Shown: positions 27,041-35,178 of the stretch, one piece after another | How the letters are laid out: each line of letters begins with the position of its first letter | Numbering within the stretch: position 1 is the first letter of the stretch | Assembly (NCBI GenBank): GCA_035402825.1 | Contig: DAONDZ010000004.1 | Coordinates: 8,456 to 72,455 of the forward strand | Length of the DNA: 64,000 bases | Direction: 5' to 3' | From: a bacterium | GTDB taxonomy: Bacteria > Patescibacteriota > Patescibacteriia > Patescibacteriales > UBA12465 | The notes under the pieces: model-generated | Databases searched by the model: none | The model's input: the letters and a program-made list of their open reading frames with translations, nothing else | Told to the model about the DNA's origin: nothing | Made by a program: the position numbers and the translations under genes

Positions 27041-27328
27041 ATGAGACACAAAAAAAGACCTCCAAAAAAGGGGAAAAGAACAGGGGAAGAATTCGGCACG
27101 TTTGACGGCCGAGATTGCATCATTAACTGGGACGACACACGAGGAAATTTGGTGAGAATCACCATCCTCGAAGATTATATTGATAATCCCCCCACCTATT
27201 TCGTCTCTAAAGACGCTATCAGGTTGGGGCCCAATCCCAAATCAGTAATGCACGAAACGCTGGACAGACCAACCAGAGGACAAAAAACACTCTGCGCCAG
27301 CGACCTCCCCGCACCATGTTTCAACTGA
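27041..27328 (+). CDS. Small basic hypothetical protein (95 aa)
   Basis: Consensus-like promoter, strong SD (acaggaggctgtaccATG), terminator downstream. Confidence 0.6.
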   Translation: MRHKKRPPKKGKRTGEEFGTFDGRDCIINWDDTRGNLVRITILEDYIDNPPTYFVSKDAIRLGPNPKSVMHETLDRPTRGQKTLCASDLPAPCFN

Positions 27329-27340
27329 ACAAGAACCAAC

Positions 27341-27375
27341 AAAAAAAGAAGAGGCTTAACCACAGCCTCTTTTTC
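27341..27375. terminator. Bidirectional terminator (ends radA operon and 27041 gene)
   Basis: gaggct(27351-56)/agcctc(27364-69) flanked by A-run and T-run. Confidence 0.7.
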
Positions 27376-27386
27376 ATTGGGTGTCA

Positions 27387-28760
27387 CTATTTCAAGTCGT
27401 TTATCAAATCAATCGCTTGGCTTAGGGTTTTGACCTTAATCAACTCCAAGCCTTTCACCTCCACTTTCATATCCGGAACTATCGCTCGGCTAAATCCCAG
27501 CTTAGCCGCTTCTTTAAGCCGCAAATCAATTTTGCTCACTCCGCGCACTTCTCCGCCCAAACCCACCTCACCCAAAACTAGCAACCGCTGGTCAATGGCG
27601 GTATTTAAAAGCGAAGAAACGATAGCCAAACAAACTGATAAATCTAGGGCCGGATCATTAATCTTCAATCCTCCCGCTACATTGACTATCACATCCGAGC
27701 TGGCTAAATTTAATTTCTGTTTTTTGGACAAAACCGCAGTCAAGACTTGCAAACGATTCAAATCAAAACCCGAGGCCTTGCGCTGCGGATAGCCAAAGAT
27801 GGTTTTAGTGACCAGAGCTTGGATGTCCACCAAAAAAGGCCGGCTGCCTTCAATCATCGCCCCGACCACTGTACCATTCAATGAACGGCGATTGTCTTCT
27901 AAAAAGATAGCCGTGGGATTAACCACTTCCCTAAATCCCGATCCGGTCATTTCTAAAACTCCCAATTCATTAACACTGCCAAAACGGTTCTTGACCACGC
28001 GCAACAAAGAATAATTATGAATAGATTCATTTTCTAAATAGATTACCGTATCCACGATATGTTCCAAAGATTTCGGTCCGGCTAATTGGCCGTCCTTGGT
28101 GATGTGTCCGATTAAAAATACCGCCGGCCCGTTTTCGCTCTTGGCCAATTCCAAAAACTTCACCGCGCTGGCTCTAATCTGGTTCAAATTGCCGGCCTCG
28201 GAAGGCAGGCTAGTGGAATAGACGGTTTGAATGGAGTCCACCACCACTAAAGCCGGCTTGAGCTGCAAGGCACTGCCGATAATCTTCTCCACGGCGGTTT
28301 CACCGATGAACTTAATCCGCTTTAAATCACAGCCCAAACGTTCTAAGCGCGATTTAACCTGAGCGGCGGACTCTTCACCGGAAACATATAAAATATCCAA
28401 TTGATGCTTTTTAGCCAAAGCATCGGCTAACTGAGCGACAATGGTACTCTTGCCAATTCCCGGCTCCCCGCCTAAAAGCAACAGCGAGCCCGGCACTACG
28501 CCACCGCCCAAAACTCGGTCAGCTTCCGCGAAGCCGGTATCCAAACGTTCTTCATTAGAGGCTTTAATTTTAGTGAGATCAATCAGTTTAGCGCCGGAGT
28601 TGATTAAGGCAGTCCGATTCTCTAAAATATGGCGCTTCTCACCGCTGTCTTGGATTTCTTGACCCAAAGTTCCCCAGGAGCCGCACTCTAAACAACGCCC
28701 ACTCCATTTAGAGAATTGGGCGTCGCATTTTGAGCAAGTATAGATAATCTTCTCAGCCAT
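27387..28760 (-). CDS. radA: DNA repair / recombination protein RadA (Sms)
   Basis: C4 zinc finger CSKCDAQFSKWSGRCLECGSW, Walker A GEPGIGKST, KNRFG motif, Lon-like C-domain. Confidence 0.92.
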   Translation of the reverse strand: MAEKIIYTCSKCDAQFSKWSGRCLECGSWGTLGQEIQDSGEKRHILENRTALINSGAKLIDLTKIKASNEERLDTGFAEADRVLGGGVVPGSLLLLGGEPGIGKSTIVAQLADALAKKHQLDILYVSGEESAAQVKSRLERLGCDLKRIKFIGETAVEKIIGSALQLKPALVVVDSIQTVYSTSLPSEAGNLNQIRASAVKFLELAKSENGPAVFLIGHITKDGQLAGPKSLEHIVDTVIYLENESIHNYSLLRVVKNRFGSVNELGVLEMTGSGFREVVNPTAIFLEDNRRSLNGTVVGAMIEGSRPFLVDIQALVTKTIFGYPQRKASGFDLNRLQVLTAVLSKKQKLNLASSDVIVNVAGGLKINDPALDLSVCLAIVSSLLNTAIDQRLLVLGEVGLGGEVRGVSKIDLRLKEAAKLGFSRAIVPDMKVEVKGLELIKVKTLSQAIDLINDLK

Positions 28761-28763
28761 AGT

Positions 28764-29093
28764 TTAATCGGTATTACACTCTAACATCGTCACCATCGGA
28801 TCACTGCCGCATTTGGGGCTAAGATCCTGGTGTCTTTCAAATATCAAAGGGGTGGCGTCTAAAGCTTCAGCGGCCTTTTCGGTTTGGTATAGGTTATTAG
28901 ACCGGATAGCTACGATAGTCAACCCCACGGCGATAAAAGCAAAAACAGAAATCGCCAAGAAAAGCCGATCAAAGTGAATATTGCTTTTCTCCCTGGATTT
29001 AATAGCCGCTACCGCCTTCTTCGCTGCCGGTTTTCTAACAACCGGTTTCTTGGCTCGCGGCTTAATTGTCTTTTTTGGCGCAACCTTAGGCAT
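28764..29093 (-). CDS. Small bitopic protein, K/A/P-rich basic N-terminus (T4SS-like operon)
   Basis: 109 aa; MPKVAPKKTIKPRAKKPVVRKPAAKK..., one TM helix; 3 nt upstream of radA. Confidence 0.55.
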   Translation of the reverse strand: MPKVAPKKTIKPRAKKPVVRKPAAKKAVAAIKSREKSNIHFDRLFLAISVFAFIAVGLTIVAIRSNNLYQTEKAAEALDATPLIFERHQDLSPKCGSDPMVTMLECNTD

Positions 29094-29101
29094 AGTATTG
29101 A

Positions 29102-29713
29102 TTATTTAACCCAAAAGGCTCCATCTACTTTCCATTCCCCGCCTTCTTTGGCAAACAGCAAGCGGATATTCTGGTCATAGGTCTGCGGGTTATTATCACT
29201 CCCCTGCACCTCGCGACGCTGGGTGCTCACCACCACTTCTGCGGTACCAGCCTTGTCATCAAAACTCTTCACTTCACCGGAAATAGCCACTGTAGTGATG
29301 CCGTAGTAATTAGCGTAATCGGTATTGCGTCTTTCTAGCTCGGCAATATAGCCATCGCTCCAGCGGCGCATTTCAGCGGTCATGAAGATAGTCAGATCGC
29401 GGATATTGTCATAATTGGATTGATTAGAATAAGAACCGAAACGCTCGGCAAAAGCCAAAGCCATCTGCTTAATATCTTCCGAATTCAAAGGGCGCTGCTT
29501 TTCAGCGGCCGGATCAAAGGTATAGTTAAAGCTATTATTCTTCTGAGCATCCAACATCAGCTTGTCAGCTTCATTGACTGACGGAGTGACCGTATTATCA
29601 GCCGGCGGATTATTTTGGCGATTTAGAAAATAAACAAACAAAGCCATGGCCACCAGAATGATAAAGGCGGTACCGATAATGAATATTCCCCATCTTTTTT
29701 TGTTATCCATCAT
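29102..29713 (-). CDS. Bitopic protein with NTF2-like ectodomain, VirB8-like candidate
   Basis: N-terminal TM helix; C-terminus ...AEVVVSTQRREV...IRLLFAKEGGEWKVDGAFW has the cone-fold sequence pattern; operon context. Confidence 0.35.
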   Translation of the reverse strand: MMDNKKRWGIFIIGTAFIILVAMALFVYFLNRQNNPPADNTVTPSVNEADKLMLDAQKNNSFNYTFDPAAEKQRPLNSEDIKQMALAFAERFGSYSNQSNYDNIRDLTIFMTAEMRRWSDGYIAELERRNTDYANYYGITTVAISGEVKSFDDKAGTAEVVVSTQRREVQGSDNNPQTYDQNIRLLFAKEGGEWKVDGAFWVK

Positions 29714-29747
29714 ATATTTTACTTATATTATACATCAAAAAATCAAA

Positions 29748-31706
29748 CTAGCCAATCTCCGGCTCTTCCACCCCGGGCGGGTTAGTAGCCGCCGGCGCCG
29801 GAGCTTCAGTATTCTGAGCAAATTGCTTCTTGGCCTCCTCAATTTCCAATAATTGCCGCGGATCAGAGGTAATTAATTGATCCTCAGTATAGGAAGCCAC
29901 CACCTTAATGGCGACGTGCTTGTTGCCGGCAAAGAAAATACCTTCACCCAAACCACATTCCAACAAAAGATATTTCTCTCCCTCAGTCAGCATGAAAGTT
30001 TTCTGCACCAAGTCAATAGCGGCTGGAGACTGTTTGAGAAGAATTTGCAAAGAAGAGTTATTAACAATCGCCTGGCCATAAGGGGAGGTCAAAAAGTCAT
30101 TAACATCCTGGGTAATGGTGGTGACACCTAAATAATATTTGCGGCAGCGCTTGACTAGGGCGAAAATAAACTTGGCGCTGTCTTCGTTCTGCATCATCCA
30201 CCAAGCTTCGTCAATCACTAAGATTCTTTTTTTCATCTGGCTGCGGACAATATTCCAAATATAATTGACGATGGTATAAATAGCTATCGGCCGCAATTCA
30301 TCTTCCAAGTCGCGCACCGAGAAACAAACTAATTGATTATCCATCTCCACATTAGTCGGATTATTCAGCAAGCCGGCAAAGGTACCTTCGGTATATTTCT
30401 TCAATCTCTCCCCTAGCGAAGTACCACCCTCCATACCATCCAACACCTGAGCGAAGTCGGTCATCACCGGCGGTTCTATCTGACTCAAATCTGAGTCGGG
30501 GGTAATATCTTTTTTGGCATAAGTTTCTAAAAGAGCTCTATCCACCAAAGAATCTTCTTCATTATTCAAATTACCAATCATGAGTCGCACCAATCCCTTT
30601 AAGGTAATAACAGCGCTGCGGATAATATCCTTGGGCTTAGCTTCGCCGCCAATGGCTCGAGGCAAATCAAAAGGATTAATCTTGCTTTCGCTGGATAATG
30701 AAATATTGATGTAGGTTCCGCCCACCGCTTCAGATAAATGCTTGTATTCATATTCCGGATCAATAATGATAACATCGGTGCCCATCATCAAAGAGCGTAA
30801 AACTTCTAATTTAATGGCATATGACTTGCCGGCGCCGGAAGTGGCAAAAACCACTGAGTTGGCATTAGGCAAAGAAAAACGATCAAACAATATCAAGCTG
30901 TTGTTATGTCGGTTAATGCCATATAATATCCCTTTGTCGCTGGTTAATTCCGAGGAAATAAAGGGGAAAGAAGAGGCTACCGGCGAAGAATTCATGTTGA
31001 AAGTAATATATAATTCATCATTACACAAAGGCAGAGTGGAATTAAACCCTTGCTCAGATTGGTAATAGGCGCGCTTGGAATAAACCAACCGGGAGCCAAA
31101 AATATCTTCAATTTGGTCGGATAATCTGTCTAATTCCTCTAAAGTTTCGGAATAGATGGTGACATAGAGCGCGAATTGAAAAAATTTCTCCGTGCCCTGG
31201 GTCAAGGCATCGCGCAAATATTCAATATCCCGCAAAGCGGTTTCTCTAATCGGATCACGCGGCGAGCCTTTGTCAGCATCGGACATGATTTGAGCCTCTA
31301 AGTTACCCACCCGATTCTTCAACTGTTTTAAAATAATAGCCGATTTTACCGGATAGAAAAACATGGAGACATCAAAAGTATAGTTTAAATTAATGATCGG
31401 AGCGAACCAACCGACGCCGATATAGCGGGGGTAGTTAATCACAAACATAGTGCGGACAAATTTCTTGCCCAAAATCAAATAAGTCGGGTTGATTTTTAAA
31501 CTAGCCGGAGAAATCAAATCGCGGACCGACAAAACGCCGCGGCGATAAGCGATTTCTTCCGCCACCACTTCCCTGGTCGCTTCCACATTCTCATCCAGCC
31601 CTTGGGCTTTAGTGGAAGAGGCAATCAAAGCACCCAAAGCGCTGGGGCGAGATTGGGTTTGGTTGTCTTCTTTTTGAATTTTTTTAAAATCAATCATAGT
31701 AAGCAA
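29748..31706 (-). CDS. VirB4/TrbE-family T4SS ATPase
   Basis: 652 aa; Walker A ATSGAGKSY, Walker B ILVIDEAWWMM, FVINYPRYIGVGW N-domain pattern. Confidence 0.85.
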   Translation of the reverse strand: MLTMIDFKKIQKEDNQTQSRPSALGALIASSTKAQGLDENVEATREVVAEEIAYRRGVLSVRDLISPASLKINPTYLILGKKFVRTMFVINYPRYIGVGWFAPIINLNYTFDVSMFFYPVKSAIILKQLKNRVGNLEAQIMSDADKGSPRDPIRETALRDIEYLRDALTQGTEKFFQFALYVTIYSETLEELDRLSDQIEDIFGSRLVYSKRAYYQSEQGFNSTLPLCNDELYITFNMNSSPVASSFPFISSELTSDKGILYGINRHNNSLILFDRFSLPNANSVVFATSGAGKSYAIKLEVLRSLMMGTDVIIIDPEYEYKHLSEAVGGTYINISLSSESKINPFDLPRAIGGEAKPKDIIRSAVITLKGLVRLMIGNLNNEEDSLVDRALLETYAKKDITPDSDLSQIEPPVMTDFAQVLDGMEGGTSLGERLKKYTEGTFAGLLNNPTNVEMDNQLVCFSVRDLEDELRPIAIYTIVNYIWNIVRSQMKKRILVIDEAWWMMQNEDSAKFIFALVKRCRKYYLGVTTITQDVNDFLTSPYGQAIVNNSSLQILLKQSPAAIDLVQKTFMLTEGEKYLLLECGLGEGIFFAGNKHVAIKVVASYTEDQLITSDPRQLLEIEEAKKQFAQNTEAPAPAATNPPGVEEPEIG

Positions 31707-31709
31707 AAA

Positions 31710-32393
31710 TTACATTTCCACACGCAACTTTCCCATCTCAGCCAAAGGCTGATTCTTGGCAGTTTCCGGATTATAGGTTTGATAATATAATTCAATTAAT
31801 TCCTGGGTGTTCAACTGTTTGACATCCACGCCCAAAGAAGACAAGGAAGACATCACACTATCTACCCGGCGATCTAACGATTCCTTTAGCTTCAAAAAGC
31901 GGCTCTCTTTCAATTTCAAAGATGATGCCGGCCGGAAAGCTTCCCCCAGAGAGGTAAAGAATCCTTTGCGCTGGTCAGAGGTGGCGCTATAAGCAACAAT
32001 AACATAGAAGCGCTTGTTCATGATTTTGCCGATGGAGATTAATTCTTTAATGTACTCCATATAATCGGCCGTTTGAATTTTCAAGAGCTTGTTGGTCTGC
32101 TCCTTTTCTCTCTGCGCCAAATATTCCAAATAATTAGTAATATTCAACTCCCGGGATTGGATAACAATTTGAATCATGGAACCGATATTGTTCAAAAAGC
32201 TGACATAGGAAGAAATCACCGCATTCTGCTCGTCTTCGCTCTTGAGAGCGAAGTTGATGCTGGAAACAGCCAAAACAGAGCGCAAAGTGCCATCGCGCAT
32301 AATAACGGTATTGTCTTTGATCTCAGCGATATCCAAATATTGCTGAGTGGAAACACCGACCGAACTCTTAGTTAATTGGCTTTTTTCCGGCAT
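31710..32393 (-). CDS. VirB4 N-terminal-domain-like protein (separate ORF)
   Basis: QQYLDIAEIKDNTVIMRDGTLRSVLAVSSINFALKSEDEQNAVISSYVSFLN resembles the extreme N-terminus of Gram-positive VirB4 homologues; 3-nt gap to ATPase. Confidence 0.45.
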   Translation of the reverse strand: MPEKSQLTKSSVGVSTQQYLDIAEIKDNTVIMRDGTLRSVLAVSSINFALKSEDEQNAVISSYVSFLNNIGSMIQIVIQSRELNITNYLEYLAQREKEQTNKLLKIQTADYMEYIKELISIGKIMNKRFYVIVAYSATSDQRKGFFTSLGEAFRPASSLKLKESRFLKLKESLDRRVDSVMSSLSSLGVDVKQLNTQELIELYYQTYNPETAKNQPLAEMGKLRVEM

Positions 32394-32405
32394 AATAATT
32401 ATGAA

Positions 32406-32825
32406 TTATTCTTTTTCTCCCTGATATTTTCCCTTAGTATCCACAATCAAGCTTAATTCCTGTAATTGCTTTTCGTTTAACTCCTTGTTCACTACCGTAT
32501 CTTCAAATTTCACTTCTTTAGCCTCTTTCTCTTCAAAGGTTCCCTGGCGATGATTCCAAACCCTTAACCCCGGTTTTCTAAATGTCTGAATCAGGTTCAA
32601 AACAAAAAAATGGAAGGGGCGGCCATTGATGCGCAAGAAAGCAAAAACTCCGGCCACTAAAACCACAATGATGGTGGCAGTGAGAAACAAAGCAAAGTCA
32701 AATACTTTATAGAAAATAAATCCTAAAATAGCAGCGCCGAGAAAAATCAAAAATTGCCGAGTGGTAATCGGGCCGATAATCTTGCTTTCCACGTCAATAA
32801 ATTGCGGGACGGTAAACTGCTGCAT
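32406..32825 (-). CDS. PrgI-family / VirB3-like membrane protein
   Basis: VPQFIDVESKIIGPITTRQFLIFLGAAILGFIF then second TM helix. Confidence 0.6.
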   Translation of the reverse strand: MQQFTVPQFIDVESKIIGPITTRQFLIFLGAAILGFIFYKVFDFALFLTATIIVVLVAGVFAFLRINGRPFHFFVLNLIQTFRKPGLRVWNHRQGTFEEKEAKEVKFEDTVVNKELNEKQLQELSLIVDTKGKYQGEKE

Positions 32826-32831
32826 AAAACT

Positions 32832-34073
32832 CTAATTAATATTTTTATTCAACTCCATGATGGCTTCCATTTCAGCTAAAGTCAAAGAGTTCTTGTCCTG
32901 TTCTTTAAATAAATCAACCGCTTTAGCCAAATCAACTCCCTGCGATAAGCTGTAGCGGGCAATGGCTAGATACATTCTTCCAATTGGACTCTCTCTAAAA
33001 GAGCGCATCGCGGCCAAGCCTTTCTGATAGTCTTCCTTCAGAAGCATATCAATTCTGGCTTTAATCTTAGCGGTCATTTCCGCTGGGGTATTCCCTAGCC
33101 GGCGAAAGTTCACCGGGTCCATAAATCGGATTTCATCAATCGGGTTCATTACTTTCACCTGGCGGACATCCCGCACTGCCGGACGGCTAGGCAAAACCGG
33201 TTTCACCACCGGTACCGGCGGCAAAGGCTTAGCGATAGTTTCCGGTTTTTTAGCCATTGGTTTCGGTTCTTCAGTCTTCGGTTTTGAGGGAGCCATGGGG
33301 ACAGCCGGGATAACCGGTTTTTCCTCATGATCAAATTTGGATAATTCATGAATAATGGAAACAGTGCCGCCCACTTTTGGTGGGATACCCAAACTCTTGC
33401 CCTGTTCCTGTTTAGGGGCGGCTATTTCATGGCTTAAATCCAAACCGCTTTCCAACTCATGTTTAGTATCCAATACTTTTAATAAATCATAGGGGGCTTC
33501 GGTTTTCTTCTCTAATCCGCTTAGCTTGTCCAGCATTCCCGTCGGTCTTTTGGCCGGCAATTCCATCAGACTATTCTTGGCCGTATTCATCAGTCCCACT
33601 AATTTTTCAATCTGGGCAAATGACAAACCAAAATTCTTAGCTAAAGCCTCTTTAGTATCAATCATATTGCGCACTCCCCGCAAATACATCTTAATGGCAT
33701 CAGCCAAAGCATGGGCATTAGGAAAATCAGCCACCTGAGCGATAATCTGATTTACTACGCCAGCTATTTTTTGAGTATAGGGGTCAGCGGTGACATTGAG
33801 ATCTAAATAATCAGCCACGGCGGAAAGCACTTTGTCTTTCAATTCTTGAGCTAAAGTCTCAGCGATTGTTTTGTCTATGGTAAACTCTTCTGCTAAGCGT
33901 AAAGGCAAATCATTAGCCGGCATTGCCTTAACCATGAGCTTCATCACAAACGGAGCTAGCTCCACATGATATTTCTCATCCAAAGCGTCTAAAATAGCCA
34001 TAACCGCCGGATTGGAAACTTTGTCTTTTAAACTCTTAGGCAGTTGATTGAACTTTTCTAAATAATCAAACAT
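32832..34073 (-). CDS. Hypothetical 413-aa protein with central Pro/Lys-rich linker (T4SS-like operon)
   Basis: No TM or signal peptide seen; PVIPAVPMAPSKPKTEEPKPMAKKPETIAKPLPPVPVVKPVLPSRPA. Confidence 0.6.
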   Translation of the reverse strand: MFDYLEKFNQLPKSLKDKVSNPAVMAILDALDEKYHVELAPFVMKLMVKAMPANDLPLRLAEEFTIDKTIAETLAQELKDKVLSAVADYLDLNVTADPYTQKIAGVVNQIIAQVADFPNAHALADAIKMYLRGVRNMIDTKEALAKNFGLSFAQIEKLVGLMNTAKNSLMELPAKRPTGMLDKLSGLEKKTEAPYDLLKVLDTKHELESGLDLSHEIAAPKQEQGKSLGIPPKVGGTVSIIHELSKFDHEEKPVIPAVPMAPSKPKTEEPKPMAKKPETIAKPLPPVPVVKPVLPSRPAVRDVRQVKVMNPIDEIRFMDPVNFRRLGNTPAEMTAKIKARIDMLLKEDYQKGLAAMRSFRESPIGRMYLAIARYSLSQGVDLAKAVDLFKEQDKNSLTLAEMEAIMELNKNIN

Positions 34074-34076
34074 ATT

Positions 34077-35168
34077 TTATATTTTGTTTTGTCTTTTTTT
34101 AATTTCTTGTTCTAAGGCCCGGCGCTCTAAGCTGCCCACCGGATAAGTTGCTAACATTTTTTCTAAATCATCAGCTGGTTTAGGAGCAGCGGCCGCCGAT
34201 TTAACTGGAGCCGGAACGGGAGCGGCTAGGACTGGCTTAATCTCCGGCTTTGCCTCCTTAGGGATGGCTATGGAACGGCGCGGCGCGGCAGCTTCTCGAG
34301 ATTCTTTTTCCAAAGGAATTATCTCCCATTCTTCCGGAGATAATCCGGCCATGCTTTCCGGATAGAATATCAAACTGCGATATAGTTTTAATAATCGACG
34401 TAATAAACGACGGTCACTCTCCCCCAAATTCTTGACGCTGGGAGTGGTAGTTAAATATTTAGACAAAACGACGATATTAAAATTCTCGCTGCCATTTTCA
34501 GAAATAAAATGCTTCAACCAATTGGCAATGGTGCCGGGCTGTAATTTTCCCTCTAAAATTACCCCCTTTTCGGTGAGCACTTCCTGATTATTCAATAATG
34601 CTTTATTGACCTTAACACTGAAATCCGGTTTGTTGATTAACAAATAGACTAAGGCGCCGTTTAAATCGGTTAATATCTTTTGATCAGTTTCTCCCAAAAT
34701 ATCTTTAAGCTGTTCGGAAAATATTCTTAAAGAAGCGTTTTCTTCTTCTTCGGGGTTGAAAGTGCTTTCTTGCAGTTCAGCCATCTCTTCCACGAAATTA
34801 AAGTTTTCATCACTTATTAGCTCCTGGAACGCATCAATTGATTTTTGATAGTTCTCTGCCAATCCGCCGCGCTTGATAATCTCCGCCTTAACATCTTTGC
34901 CGATGAAAGGAGCGACCGGCAAGAATAAATGACCCAAAATATCAGCGGCTAGACCTTTCTGACTAACACCTTTGTCTAAAAGCGAGAAGTCAAAATTAGC
35001 CAAGACAATATCCACGAATAGGTTATAGATAAAATCTTCATCCAGCTTGTATTTGACCTGGAGGTCAATGAACCGCTGGCCGATGACTTTGGAGCCAAAA
35101 TAAAGCTGAGCCTCATCGGAAAGAGTATCTATTTTGTCTAAAAATTGGATGTTCTTATCTTCGTTCAT
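34077..35168 (-). CDS. Hypothetical 363-aa protein with C-terminal Ala/Pro-rich tail (T4SS-like operon)
   Basis: No TM or signal peptide seen; ...KPEIKPVLAAPVPAPVKSAAAAPKPADD. Confidence 0.6.
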   Translation of the reverse strand: MNEDKNIQFLDKIDTLSDEAQLYFGSKVIGQRFIDLQVKYKLDEDFIYNLFVDIVLANFDFSLLDKGVSQKGLAADILGHLFLPVAPFIGKDVKAEIIKRGGLAENYQKSIDAFQELISDENFNFVEEMAELQESTFNPEEEENASLRIFSEQLKDILGETDQKILTDLNGALVYLLINKPDFSVKVNKALLNNQEVLTEKGVILEGKLQPGTIANWLKHFISENGSENFNIVVLSKYLTTTPSVKNLGESDRRLLRRLLKLYRSLIFYPESMAGLSPEEWEIIPLEKESREAAAPRRSIAIPKEAKPEIKPVLAAPVPAPVKSAAAAPKPADDLEKMLATYPVGSLERRALEQEIKKRQNKI

Positions 35169-35178
35169 AAAATATTAA

